A stretch of 64,000 bases of DNA from Mytilus trossulus. Taxonomy: Eukaryota. Position numbers and translations under genes: made by a program. Below, piece after piece: positions 14,001 to 29,000 of the stretch. The stretch is taken from NCBI RefSeq assembly GCF_036588685.1, contig NC_086376.1, positions 9,982,001 to 10,046,000 on the forward strand, given 5' to 3'. Each line of letters starts with the position of its first letter. Positions within the stretch are counted from its first letter, which is position 1. The notes beneath the pieces were generated by a model. The model did no database searches. It was not told the DNA's origin and worked only from the letters and a program-made list of their open reading frames with translations.

Positions 14001-17000
14001 ATCAAAAAGTAAAATACCTTCAAGACAAACTCCAACAGGAAAGGATGAAACTCCCAAACCAGGAACAAGACCTTCAACTGATACTTCACCTAGTGAATCA
14101 AATACTAAATCAGGAGGAGGTAAACAAAAACCAGACAAAGGAAAGGATTCAAAGGGAAATGAAGGTACAAGTAGTTTGTACATCAAATTATTACCGTACA
14201 TCTTTTAGAAATATTATGTTTTCATAAATATTTCAGTGTAAAAAATCTTATATCTAGTTTGCAAGAAATCAGTATTTGTATTTATTTCTTGAATTATAAA
14301 AAGAATATGTGGTTATGATTTTTTGTAAGGGTGACACGTTAAAGTCAAATTAGTGTGCCATGAAAACGGAAAATGAAGTCTTGCTGGACATGGGAAATTA
14401 CAAACATGAGAATTGCTTACATACATAGTGTAAGCGGGATACAGGAATCTGACAAAACAGTAAGTGGGATCCGGGATCTGAGACCTCTCAAATGATGTAG
14501 ATGCAAGTAACTATAGTTGCTTTTTAGAGCTTCAAGTTTCCCCCAAATAGCCTCAATGTATCATCTTGTCATTAATGTATGATACCAGTAAATATGAACC
14601 AAAGCTTTATCAAAGAAGATTTTGTCCTGCAAAATTTCTTATTCAAAAATATTAATGAGAGTAAATTATTTTAACATGTTTAATGGTTAGGGTTTTGGTT
14701 CAAATACAATCTGCCAAAAACCATCTTTAAAAGAAATTTCACCTTACTTTTAAATAGGTTATTACATAAACATGTTTAAAGAGAAATATATACATAAAGT
14801 ATTTTAAAAAAATATATTGTTTTCATATCTGATAAAAGAGTTATCTCCTTTCTAGTATCAAGCTAGATTGATTGATAGCCCTTAAAAATATACTCTCAAG
14901 TTTGCTTAGAAAAAAATCAAAAAATCAATACTTTTACTTTACCTTATGAGATTACCAATTTAACCAATTATTATTATTATTTTTATTTATTAAGGACCTA
15001 AAGTTGAACCAAAAAGGCCAGGTTCATCTAAAAAGGTAAGAAAAGTTTCTTTGATAAAAAAAATTAACATAGAAATTATTTAAAACAGTATCAAGAACAA
15101 TTTTGTCCCTAGTTGGAACTGTACATCAGCTTTTTATGCCCCTGCCATATTTTCTTAATTAAGTTATCTTAAACCAAATGTTATGAAATTGATAAGAAAT
15201 GCTTATTACCACAAAATACAGAATCAAGTTTCAATTTGGGTAGTGTAACTTTTACCATTCTACAGTAATGCCTCTTTACAAATAGAAAATTGTTGATTTT
15301 TTGTTTGCATTTTCTAATTTCAGTTATTTTAGACCAAATGTTATGAAACTTATAGGAAATGCTTATTACCACAAAACACAGATCAAGTTTGAATTTGGGT
15401 AGTGTCACTTTTATTGTTGTTTCTCTTTTACCTTTCTAGAGTTATTCCCCATTACAAATGAAAAACAGCTATTTTTTATTTGTTTTTGTTCTTTAACTTT
15501 TGTTTGCCTCAACCAAATGTTATGAAATTAATACACAATACTTATTAACACAAAACACAGATCAAGTTTGAATTTGGGTAGTGTCACTTATATTGTTGTT
15601 TCTCTTTTATCTTTCTAGAGTTATTCCCCATTACAAATGAAAAAAAAGCTAAATGTTTTGTTTTTGTTCTTCAACCAATTGTTATGAAATTAATACACAA
15701 TACGTAAACAAACAAAACACAGATTAAGTTCCAATTTTGGGTAGTGTCACTTTTATTGTTGTTTCAATATGTTATACTGTTTACATTTTGAATCTTAAAC
15801 ATAGGTAAAATCAAATATTTTTAATTCATTTCTTTTTTATGCCCCATTTATGGGCATTATGTTTTCTGTTCTGTGCGTCCGTCGTTTGTTAGTTCATCTT
15901 TATGTCCATTTTTTCGTCTGTTTGTTAGTTTGTCCATTCTTTCATTTGTCCCTTCATCCTTCTGTCCCTTTCAGGTTAAAGTTTTTGGTTGAGGTAGTTT
16001 TTGATGAAGTTGAAGTCTGATCAACTTGAAACTTGTAAACATGATCCCTATGAGCAATGATGAGCTAATTTTAATGCCAAATTAGAGATTTTATTCCATT
16101 TTCACGGTCCACTGAACATAGAAAATGATAGTGTGGATGGGGCATCCGTGTACTTGGGTCACATTCTTGTATTGTTACTGGTATCATTCAGGTTTATAAA
16201 AAAATCAATGCAAATGAATTATGTTGTTGATTTTTAAAGATCATCTTACATGATAGAAAATAAAAGACTTCAACATACATAATAAGAAATACCTTAGTAA
16301 ATATTTCAAAAAAAAATTTTGATGACTCTGACATTGTTTTGTCTATAAATTCCTCTTTTTGATTGGTTATGTAAGTTGTGTTTCAAATTTATTTTGTTTT
16401 ATAAATGTAATCAGCTTAACATTTTGAGAAGACTGTTTGATATATAAGGATTTATTTTTTTATTTGTATATTCATAACAGACACCAGTGAAAATGTACCT
16501 TTGTGTTTCTGGTATTGACAAACAACAAACTAATGAAACCTTCTTCAACTACATGGAGGCAAAGTCTAAAGGGGATGTTATTCGTAATGAATCATTGAGG
16601 ACAGTAGATGAACCAGAGCATGCAGTTGTAGTGTTTGAGGACAAAATAGGTAAAAAACTTTTTCAGCTCAATGAATATAAGATTGAACATATCTATATTA
16701 AAAATATACACTGATCATAGATACCAGGCTTTAAACATTGTATACCCCTATTTCTTTTACAAAAGTCTCATCAGTGTTGCTTTAATTACAAAAGTTGAAA
16801 AGGTAAAATAAATTATAAATTTGAAGAGCATTGAGTAACCAAAGTTCAGAAAGGTTTTGCCAAATACAGTAGAGGTAATCTATTCCTGGGGTAGAAATCC
16901 TTAGTATTTTGAAAAATATAAAGTTTTGAAAACAGTTACTGGTAATATATGATTATGACCATATCAGGGATAATTCATGAAAGCCCTGGAAACCTTCACC

Positions 17001-20000
17001 TGAGTAGTGGCATTAGCCTGGCAGTTGTAATATACTCATCAGCAGTGGCATCAACCTGGTAGTTGTAAATAAACTAATCATAAATAACACAGTCAGTATT
17101 CAGGATACGATTAAGAGATAAATGTATATGCTCCAAAGCCATCAATTGGTAATTTGATGGTCGCAAATTAAGTTTACTGGCAAAGCATTAGCTGAGCCAT
17201 TTAATGGGTATTTGTGACCATCAAATCACCAATTGATGCCATTGGAGTTTAAAATACAATATTGTTATCTCCATTCTAATGTCATAAAAACAGAAAGAAA
17301 CCAACGTCATATCATACATTTAAGATTTGTCATACAAAACTGTGCTTGCCTTACATTTTCATAGCATCAATTGTAAATTAATGCCATGAACATTAGTGAC
17401 CCTATCCAATCAAAATGAATGTTTCAAACAAATGCATTAGAATTAAGAATGTCATGAATGGACCTTCATACAACTATGACTGACCAATATTTCATTAGCT
17501 TTTTACAAAATTAATTCTTGGGTTTGATATTTCATGTTCAAGTCTTAGCATGGTTAATTTATGAAAAACTATAAAGGTAATCTATTCCTGGGGTAGAAAT
17601 CTTTAGTATTTTGAAAAGTACAAAGGGTTTGAAAACAGAGAGATCATACAAACTCATAGAGTTTGTTTCAAGTTAAAAAATTCACTTTAAAATTTTTCTA
17701 TAAAACACTAATCTGTTTATTAACACTGGTCACAAGCTCCTTATTTGATCCCACAATCAACCTTTTTTTATCTATACATATACAGGTTTACAGATAAACA
17801 GAACCTATATATATATAGGACATATATATAATTCATCTAAATATCAGCCCAACAATGTTAGATCTGTATATTTGTGGAAGAAAATTTATTGTTCTTCCCT
17901 GTTTGTGTTTCAAACTCATACTACTGAGATATTGTAGCATCAAATTGCATAACACTATGCATGATGCTCTAAAACACTCTACCACCTATGTTCTACAAAT
18001 ATAAAGCTTTCAGTGGCCAGGTGCTACCTTTCCTTGTTATCTAGTATAGAGGATCTTACAAATTAATGTAGGATAGGATACAGTCACAGAAATAATTATA
18101 TTATAAATAAGTCTGAACCTGTGACAACTTTACAACAGATTTATCCATTGGATCACCAGTGAAAGTGATACAAGGCTGAAAACACATATAAATATAATTA
18201 GTCTAAATATCAGACCAACAATGTTAGATCTGTATATTTTTGTAAGAAAATTTGTTGTTCGTCCCTGGCACTCTACTCTGCTCCTGTTACCAGATTAACC
18301 TATTTATTTGTAGTCACTATGAAACAAAAAAAAAGCTTGATGAGCTTTTCTTTGTGTTTCTGGAGCTCACTGATAAAAGTTTTATCTTTTCATGTAATGT
18401 ACGAATATTGTGTATGAAACTGGTATTATAAGTATTATGAGTATTAATGTAAGTTTGATTGTGAATAAACTCATGCTAACAAAACCAAATAAGAAATTAA
18501 GAGGGCTTTTATTTACTTTAAGGGACCCAAACAATACACCAATGGTTGACATTGTTGGTAATTTGTTATATGACATAAACACTTACAGACTTTTGAAATG
18601 CGACATTAATTTTTGACCTGAAACAGCACAAATGGGATGATCATATATGGAGGGGTTCATTAAATTAACACTAACCATTAAACTGACCCCTTTCCATATC
18701 TTAGCCGTACACTAGTGCTATTGCTAAATTCTTACCCTTACCTTAAACAAATGTTAACCTGATTAAAACCTAAATTAAGTCCTGACCATAACAAACTTTT
18801 TCTCCTAAAAAGAAATGAAGGCCTCAAGTTATATCAGTTATTATAAATGTATTTATATTCGCAAATATGTATATGTATTAAACAATTTTTTTTTATATTT
18901 AGATATTGAAAAACTTAAAGTCGATTGTGGCAGAAGGTGCCTTGGTAATTCCTCTTTAGAATTTGATGAAATAGATCCTCCAAGGAAAATTATTGCTAGT
19001 TCAGTGGATAAACTGACAGTTAGTGACTTTAAAGATTATCTCACAAAGAAAAAGAAACAAGAAGTTGTTAGAGTACACACTACAGAGGATGGATCAATTA
19101 CAGCAAAGGTCAAAAATACATCAGGTATAACATGGGCTAAGGATGTTACCCAAAACTTTAATTGAGATTATGACCATATCTTGACAGAAAGAATTAGTTT
19201 TGGAAAAGGGGGTGGGGAGGGGGCAGGTTAAACAATTATTTTTTTGGGGGGGGGGGGGGAGATGGGGGGTCAGTTCACAATAGTGTATTGCACAAAAGAA
19301 AAAAAATATAAAAAATTCAAATCATATATCCAATTCAAGTTCTTCGACTACTGTTATTCTGTGTCAGAAACCTATAATGTGTCAAATTCAGAACTGTAGC
19401 AAGTGTAACTATTGTGTCAATTTTTTACCCCAACCTATAATGACGGTCAGTCTTGGAACCAGTCATGAAAATCTGTATCATATATGGTTTGTGTTGATAT
19501 GTTATTATTTGCTTAAAGTTTCATACAAAGACCTTTTGATTATATTTTTTCTAGGAGTGACAGAAATTCTAAAAGACACCAACATAAAGATTAATGGTTC
19601 TAAAGTAGTTATATCTGTTATGCACTTCTGTGATCATGGAACATACTGGGAACAAAGTCTACATAGAGTTGCCATTCCTGGTCCATTCAAACCTTCAGTC
19701 TCAGACAGTCATATAAGATCGTTTATCATTGACATCACATCTGTATGTAACGAGCAGTTGGAGCAACACCATGCCTGTCTGACCTTCAAAGATGAGCTAC
19801 ATATTGAATGTACAATAGACCCTAAAGATAAAATGGCAAGACAGAAAGTAAAAGATTGGAAAAACAATGTACAAAAAGCCTGGGAGGAATTTGTCAACAA
19901 CAGCGTTAGAAAGAGAGAACTTCAGATCACCAGTGACACGAAAGATTCACTTCTGGAGCACATCAACAAGACCAAAGATCAACACAAATCTGAAGAGTTA

Positions 20001-23000
20001 AAAGTTATCTCCCCTGATGAGACAGGCAGTATGAAGTTTGTATTTGTTGGCAGGTCTAAAATTGTGGAGAATTATGTTGAACAGATTTCTGCTAAGAAAT
20101 TAGAAATAGAGGTAGAGTTGAATAGAAAGAAGAAGATTAGAACAGGTTTAATGAAACTTAAACCAATAGAAATAGCCTTAATGACCAAAGAAGACAAGTT
20201 TGAAGAAGTAAATAATATCGCTCAAGATTTCAGTTGTGAACCTAATACAGAGACTGGAGCCATAACATTTACTGGTGTGGAAGAAGATATTTCAAAAGCA
20301 AAAGTAATGATATTTGAAATAAAAAACAATTACCATTCCTGGAGAATAGATAGTCTTTCAAATCACATTTGTCAGCTCCTGAAAAGGAAACCTGTTTCTG
20401 ACATGGTCTATGAAAATTTTAGCGAGGACAACATTTCTATAGTTTGGGATATTTCTGATGACCATGTGACTGTTTGTACGTCTCAGGATAACCGTCCACA
20501 CATTGAAAAGGTCTTTACAGATACTATCTTAGAAGATGAGATTAAATTAGACAAGGCAAGTCAAGATGTGCTGATGTTAGATGAATGGGCAGAGAAAAAA
20601 ACAAGTATCAATAATATTCATAGAGATACTGCTAACGTAGATGATTCCTACAATGATCGAGTTATTGTCACAGCTACCAGTGATGTGTTTGATGGAATTA
20701 TGAAGGAGTTAGATATCTTTATCACAGATAACTCAATGAAAGAGGATGAAATCACCATCAGAGAAGATGAGAAATTTAAATTCTTTAAAAACCATTGTAA
20801 AGATTGGGTAAAAGAATTGGAGGTTAAATACAGTGATCAAAAACTTGAAATTCATTTTGGTACACAATCTGTCAAAATAAGTGGAACTCCTAAAGTAATA
20901 GATATCGTTGATGGTGAGATACAGAACCATTTGGGGCAAATTAAGAAAGACATTTGTGTGATATCAGAACCTGGGGTAGACTCCCTTGTCAGTGATCAAA
21001 CAAAGAGTGATGCCTTAGTAAGTCCAGTTGAAGAAGACACAAAAACTGTTATAACCGTAGATCCAAATTCTGTGAATAAACAGGGCTTCCGAAGAAATAC
21101 TGGAAATAAAAAAACAGATGAGGAGTATGCATGGGATCAGGCTTCTAAACATTACAACAAAAGAGGTAATCTTTATATATAAATGAGTAATTAAGAATTT
21201 TAATTTACAATAGAATAACAAAAAACAGCAAATTTAAATATATGTCATGTTAATAGCTGAATTTAATAATAAAAATGACTAATTGTTCATTTTAAAAAGA
21301 TGTGGTATGATTGCCAATGAGACAACTCTCCACCAGAGACTAAATGATGTTGAAGTAAACAATATATTGATCCTTATACAGCCTTTAACAAGGAGCAATT
21401 CCAACTCAAAATAGTAAGCTATAAAAGCCCCTGAAATGACAAATGTTAAACAATTCAAATGAGAGATGGTTTAAAATAAACAGGACATTTTGCTACTTAG
21501 CATGCTTTGGTCACCATCAGAAAAAAAAAAAAAAATTTGTAAAATATTCTGTCTCTCACAATGTCTTGAAATTTGTCAATTCATAATCTTTATTTTTTTA
21601 AGGGAAAGGTTATAAACCACCAAATGCCGGTCCTGTTGTATGTAAGAATGGAACAAAAGTTATTCTTGTGAAAAAAGAGGACCTTGGAAAACAAAAGGTA
21701 TGTATTCTATATACATACAGATTTTGTGCTCAAGGTGGGTATCTGTATAAAGAACCATCAATAACACATAGAATCACTATTATCAGAATACGAAGATGTG
21801 GTATGATAGCCAAGAGACAAATCTCCACAAGAAACCATATGACATAGATATCAACAGCTATATCAAAATGCATTTGATTTGGAAAAAAAACATGATTTGA
21901 AAACCATGAAAACAGTGCAATGAAAATATTCAGCATAAAAGTTATTTCAAATTCTGAATGAAACCGGAAATCCAAAGTTCTGTTTTAGTGTCATACTTTT
22001 GCTGTACATTGCTTACATTTCTCATTTATACTTACCATGTAGGCTGATGTTATCATTTGCTCAACAAATGGTCAGTTAGATTTATCTGGTCCCGCTGGAA
22101 AGAGTATGGTGAATGCAGCTGGGCCAGAAATTCTGGCTGAAATTAAACTGAAATACAGTGATGGGATCGAACATGGTGAAATAGCTGCAGTGAGTGGATA
22201 CAAAATGAACTGTAAAGAAGTATATCTAGCTGCCCTTCCTGGATGGTCATATGGTGGAGAGAAGGTATATTAATCATGTGTTTAATGTAATTAGTTTATT
22301 TAAGGAATGACTGTGATATTTCTTCGGTCTATTTAATATAACATATAAATGAGGTGCACACTGAATAATGTGTGTAGCGGGTTATTTAACAGTTATGTTA
22401 TTTCAATAGACAGAAAAATACATTACAATTATTCCTAATAATTTAATTCTATATTCCATTTTCAAGGAGAAGTGAAAATTCTTTTCATTTCCTGAACCAT
22501 AAAAAGATAAGTGTATAAACACTTTCTTTGTCAAATTGAAATGCTATGTACCGGGGTATTCTGCATACTTTTAAATTATGTTTTTTCTTTCAGATTATTG
22601 AGAAATGTGTAAAGACATGCTTAATCCAAGCATCTAAATACAAATCAATTGTGTTCCCAGCATTGGGAACAGGTAACCTTAGGTATCCAAGAGATCTTAT
22701 AGCAGAGACCATGTATAAATGTGTCAGTCAATTTGATCAGAGCAATACATCACTAAAGGAAGTAAAATTCCTGTGTTATGATGATGATACTATCAGGGTA
22801 AATTATTTGCTAAAATTTATATTCAAAACTATTAAACTGATTTTACTCCCTACTCATTTACTGTGAACTTGAAGTTGTAATGATTACCATTACATTCTAA
22901 GTATATTCTATGATTACCATTACATTCTAAGTATATTCTATGATTACCATTACATTCTAAGTATATTCTATGATTACCATTACATTCTAAGTATATTCTA

Positions 23001-26000
23001 TGATTACCATTACATTCTTAGTATATTCTATGATTACCATTACATTCTTAGTATATTCTATGATTACCATTACATTCTAAGTATATTCTATGATTACCAT
23101 TACATTCTAAGTATATTCTATGATTACCATTACATTCTAAGTATATTCTATGATTACCATTACATTCTAAGTATATTCTATGATTACCATTACATTCTAA
23201 GTATATATTCTATGATTACCATAACATTCTTAGTATATTCTATGATTACCATTACATTCTAAGTATATTCTATGATTACCATTACATTCTAAGTATATTC
23301 TATGATTACCATTACATTCTAAGTATATTCTATGATTACCATTACATTCTAAGTATATTCTATGATTACCATAACATTCTAAGTATATTCTATGATTACC
23401 ATAACATTCTTAGTATATTCTATGATTACCATTACATTCTAAGTATATTCTATGATTACCATTACATTCTAAGTATATTCTATGATTACCATTACATTCT
23501 AAGTATATTCTATGATTACCATTACATTCTTAGTATATTCTATGATTACCATTACATTCTAAGTATATTCTATGATTACCATTACATTCTAAGTATATTC
23601 TATGATTACCATTACATTCTAAGTATATTCTATGATTACCATTACATTCTTAGTATATTCTATGATTACCATTACATTCTAAGTATATTCTATGATTACC
23701 ATTACATTCTAAGTATATTCTATGATTACCATTACATTCTAAGTATATTCTATGATTACCATTACATTCTAAACTCATATTGATGCCATACACGATTAAT
23801 ATATAAATTTGAATTCCTTCATTCAACTCATACTGGCTAATAAATTGGACCTCTTTGTTTTAGTATTATAGATACTTTAAATAAGTGATAATAATTCAAA
23901 CAAAATGAAAAAAATTACAGTCAGCAAGAAAGCCTTTCATTTTTTGTTTCTGTATGATTGTGACTTTGTGAGGCAACAGAATGCCTTATAACTTTTGTAC
24001 AGTGCTTAAAAGATGTAATGCTATCTCAGTCATTTCCTCATTTATTTGTCATGTTTTTTAGGCTTTTGAACAAGAGGAACTAAGACAGGTGAATCCAGGC
24101 TTTCAACCACAACGTGGTAAGTTACAGCCAGTTAATTCTTATAAAGGTTGTAAGTGTTAACTCAGATAGTGCCCCCCAGATTCTCCTCAATATATGATCT
24201 AATCATACCACCTGTAAAAGAGAACAGAATGTTATAAAGGAATCACTGAGCTTAGATTTTACTATCATTTTCCAGGTCATCAAATAATCCTGGAGCTTGA
24301 TATATGACCTGTTTTCACCAGTACTCTGGTCTGGTCTGACTTTGATGTTTGAAATTCAAAATTTTCCATGGAATAATACAGATTCTGATATTCTACAGTG
24401 ACAGGATTACATTTATTCTCTTATGTGTTTTTATATAAACTGTAAAAATGTCATAATTTATTAAAGGAACAAGCAAAGTTAGATCTGAAATGAAAAATCA
24501 TCAGGTCCGAGAACACAATTAATTCGTAGTGCATCTCTTTTAGAACATAAATGAAAATAAAAAAAATCCCACCTGCGCTTTCTCGAAGAAACTTTTACAG
24601 TGTGTTGTACTACTTTTGGGACAAATTATATCAAATTTATAGAAAACTTCATCGCCTCTAACTCAAAATATAGACAATTTTATGTTTAGGGTGTCTTGAA
24701 ATTTTTTGACAGCTTCCGAAGTGCTCATTTTTAACCTTTTTCAGCTGGACCAAATCACTACTTTCCTTTAAAATTATGGACCCAAATTTTTTTAGTGTAA
24801 TTTCATCCCCCTACTTGCAATTTGAGGCATTGAACATGGAGAAATAAATTTGGAAGGGGTATAAAAACTAATGGCAAGTAACCCACTGTCAACACTAGGG
24901 ACTATATTTGTGAACAACGAAAATCAAGGGACGACAATGGTGGTCTGGGACCATCATACACAACTGATAACTAGAGAGAAATACCAAGCCCATTTATTGC
25001 TGCAGAGAACTTCCATATGTAAATTATGGGAGACAACTCTTTTCAAATTATAAAATAGGGGACACAACTCTTGAAATTTAAACTGGGAGACAACTGGAAC
25101 AATTTGTTCCCAAGTTGAGATTTTTAATAATAGAGTTATTCCTTAACAGTGAAAATTGATATTATTAAATTAGAATATAATTTGTGTTAACTAGTTCTCA
25201 TCGCAAACATCTAGGTGATCTAGAAATGAAAACATCCCTAGGATGTCCGATCACCTTACCTGTGTAATACACCCCACTACAGGTAAATATACAGGTATTC
25301 TCATCAGTTTTGATTTTTGTCATGTTCCTTCAATCTACACTTACATGTATCTCGAAATTCATCTGGGGGATGGTGGTGGCCCCTTCACTGGTAGGTATAA
25401 CTCTATTATTAAAAATCTCAACTTGGGAACAAATTGTTCCATTTTTAATAATATTCATTATACCTACCAGTGAAAATTGACATTTATTAAATTAGAATAC
25501 TCACTGATTCCAAAGCAGTGTTGAATTCATTCAACGGTGGTGGATGATATTCCTTCTCTTCAAGAAAAATCCACAAACAAATATCTTTCCAACAGGATAA
25601 AATACTACCACCATAACAAAAAACCCACTATTTACATCTATATACAGCTACATGTTATACTGCAAATACAAATAAAATATCATACAAAAAAATGAATTTG
25701 TATGCTTATATCCTATTCTAAAACAGTGGCATCAAAATCTCGCAAATAAAACTTTGTGAATGTTGATTCAACTGCCCAGTCGGCAGAATCTAGAATTGAT
25801 TTCAAAGAAGCTCCCTTGTACAAATCCCAACTTGGAGCTATAGCACGTGTGGAATGTGCATTAACTTTCATATTGTCACCATTATAAGCTATTCTAATAG
25901 CCTGTACTATCCAACTTGAAATAGTTGCTGTTGATACCGGTTTGTGCGGTTTCTTTTATTCCCAGAAAAAGCTTAATTCTTTCTGATTCACTCAACTTTC

Positions 26001-29000
26001 CCCGAAAATTCTTAGTTTTATCCCAGACCTGCCAACTTTTGAAAATCTCCATGGGGGATTTAGCGCGCGACAAGATTTTTAAGCCGGGTTACAATTTTAG
26101 GAACTTTTCTTTGAGCATTGTTTTTTACTCCTAAAATAGTCTAAGTTCTCTTCTTTTTTCTTTTGGTATACTAATGATGAGCTTGTAGGCCTTGCATGAA
26201 TGAGGAATAGAGAAAATGGAATTAAAAGTAAAGGATTCAAAGTAGTGACACCCCCCCCCCCCCCCCCCCCCCATTCCCCCCTCCAAATACCTTCTCATCT
26301 ATGAACCTTGACTCAAAACACCTAAAACTACATGTCCTAAAGTAAGAAGGATGAAGACAGATTTTGATTTTTGATTTAGTCTTACTCATGATATTTATAT
26401 CAGTATCAATGAGAAAATGGATAAAATTTGAGTTATCTTTCTTTGTATTCAGATGTGCTCTTACCTGCGGAGGCTTATACAGTTACACAGTAGAAGTGTT
26501 TACAAAATGGCGTCGATTTTAGATCAACAGACACACGATGTCTGGTTTTAAAAATTAAACAAATTTCAAGATAAACGATGTTTTCTTGAGAGTTCTGTAC
26601 AGTTCTCATCTTTCAATTAATTTTGATTTTGCTGTGGAACTACGGCAAATGTTGCAAATTGTTCTTGTATGATAAATTGATTAAAATTGAAAGGCTGTTT
26701 GACCAATTTTATACAAATTAATTTTGAGGACTGTTACGACCCATTTAAAAGGTAATCTGATTACATACAACCACTAATTATGACACCTGTTGTGACTGTT
26801 GATTAGCGTAGGGTCATTAACTTGTCATAATATGTCCCCAGGTAAAATAATTGATATTTTAAAATTGATCAGAAAAACTTCAAAATCGGTAAACAATAAT
26901 TTTTTTCGGGTATATTTGTTGAAAATCGGGATTTTGACTAATTTTACAATCCCGATATCGGGATTCGGGTTGAGGGGTAAAAATCGGGATGATACCGCGA
27001 AAATCGGGATAGTTGGCAGGTCTGTTATCCAAATAAACTGAAAGAGCTCTTTTTGGATCTATTAAAGTTTTCTCTGGAAAACTGGGAACAAATAATTTTT
27101 CTCCAAAATGTTTTTGTCTATCTTGCTTGGCTAAGCCATGTCTTACAAAAGTAATACCCTTACTTTGAACTCTCATTGACTTGTCATCAATACGGAGACT
27201 TTGCAAATCACTACATCTTCTGAATGTAGTTATGGCAACTAAAAACACTGTTTTTAAAGTTACATGCTTTAAATCATCTTCTTGCATAGGCTCAAAAGGT
27301 TTCTTCTCAAGAGCCAGTAACAATAATTCTAAGTTCCATTCAGGCAGAATTTTAACCTTTGGAGGTCTAGAATAAAAAACACCTTTGATAATTCTAACTA
27401 TGTTAGGGTGTTGGCCGACAGGAAAATTTTGCACTGGAGGTAACACTGCAGATAACATAGATCGATAACCTGCTATTGTCCTATATTGCAAACCAGAATG
27501 AAATAAATAAGCCAAAAAATCGGCAATCTGATTTAAATTTGCTGAATATGGATCAATTTGTCTCTCACCACACCAGCTATTAAACTTTTCGAATTTTGAG
27601 GAATAGTCCTTTTTTGTACCATCGCGCCATGAAGCTGAGCGCAATGTTCTTGCTGATTCAGAAAATCCCTCTGTTTTAAAACGTCTGTCGAGAGAAGCCA
27701 TGCTGTCAGATTTAATATTTCTGGATTTGGATGAAACATTTTCATTTTGGACTGAGACAACAAATTGTCCATTACTGGTAGTCTTATTGGGCATGCTATC
27801 AGTAACTGTAAAATCTCTGTGTACCAGTGTCTCCTTGGCCACTGCGGCGCAATCAAGATAATCTGACAGTGGAACTGCCTCATATATTGCAATATCCTTG
27901 GAATCAGACAAATTTGGGGAAACACATACGCGTACATGTTCTCCCAAGGAATTGTCAGAGCATCCAAGGCCAAAGCATTGGGATGAGGAATCCAAGTGCA
28001 AAAGATTTCTGTCTGGCGATTTTCCCATGACGGAAACAAATCTATCAAAGGAGTTCCCCATATCTGAAAAATCTGCTGCACTATTGACTTGTTCAGAGAC
28101 CATTCTGTCGGACAAACCTTTTCCCGACTCAAATGATCTGCTAAAACATTCTTCTTGCCCATAATATGGGCTGCTTTCAATACTATGTTGTTTTGAATTG
28201 CTATCTGCCATAGCTCCCAAGTCAAGTAACATAAATTTGGTGATTTTGTCCCCCCTTGACGATTTATGTATTGCACTACGCTTGTGTTGTCGCTCCTTAT
28301 CAGAACACATTTTCCCTTCAAAATTTTCAGAAAATGCTGAACTGTCAAAGTTACAGCTTTCATTTCCAAACAATTTATGTGCCAAAGTTTCTGTTCTGAG
28401 TTCCAAACTCCCTGAAAAATCTGTTTTCCCATATGACCCCCATAACCTTTCATTGAAGCATCTGTCGTTATGGTCACATTGATTTTCGGCAATTGCAAAT
28501 ATCGGCCTTTCAGCGTGTTGGCTGAATTTTTCCGCCATAAAAGATAGGATTTCAGATGTTGTGTCAATGGAACATGTGCCAACATATTTTTGCTGACTGG
28601 TCTCCAAAAACTTAACAAATGAAGTTGGATGGGTCTCATAAACAGACGAGCATTGGGAATCAATTCGATGCATGATGCCATCATCCCCAAAATTTTCAAA
28701 AAATCTAGAGCCAAATTCTGACCTGGAAGCATTTTTTCTAGTAATATCTGTAATTTTTCTATCCTTTCCATTGTTGGATAAACTAGGCCCTTGTCTAAAT
28801 GAAAAACTCCCCCTAAGTAAGTTATCACTTGACTTGGAACTAGGCTCGATTTGTCTATGTTTATCATAAAGCCTAGTGAAACCAACAGATTGAGACATTT
28901 CAGACGATCCTAAACTAATTGATGTTGGTTTTGATTGACTATCAACCAATCGTCTAAATATACTGACATTCTGATATTTTGAGTTCTCAGATATGCAGCT

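Noticed and set aside
13679-14227. 182-aa overlapping alternative-frame ORF
   Set aside because: Shadow of the Pro/Gly-rich exon, not compatible with splice phase
19206-19269. G-runs as a possible G-quadruplex
   Set aside because: Simple homopolymer tracts also occur at about 26251 and 63566, with no evidence of function
22881-23772. CRISPR-like regular array
   Set aside because: Head-to-tail repeats with no unique spacers, in eukaryotic intron context
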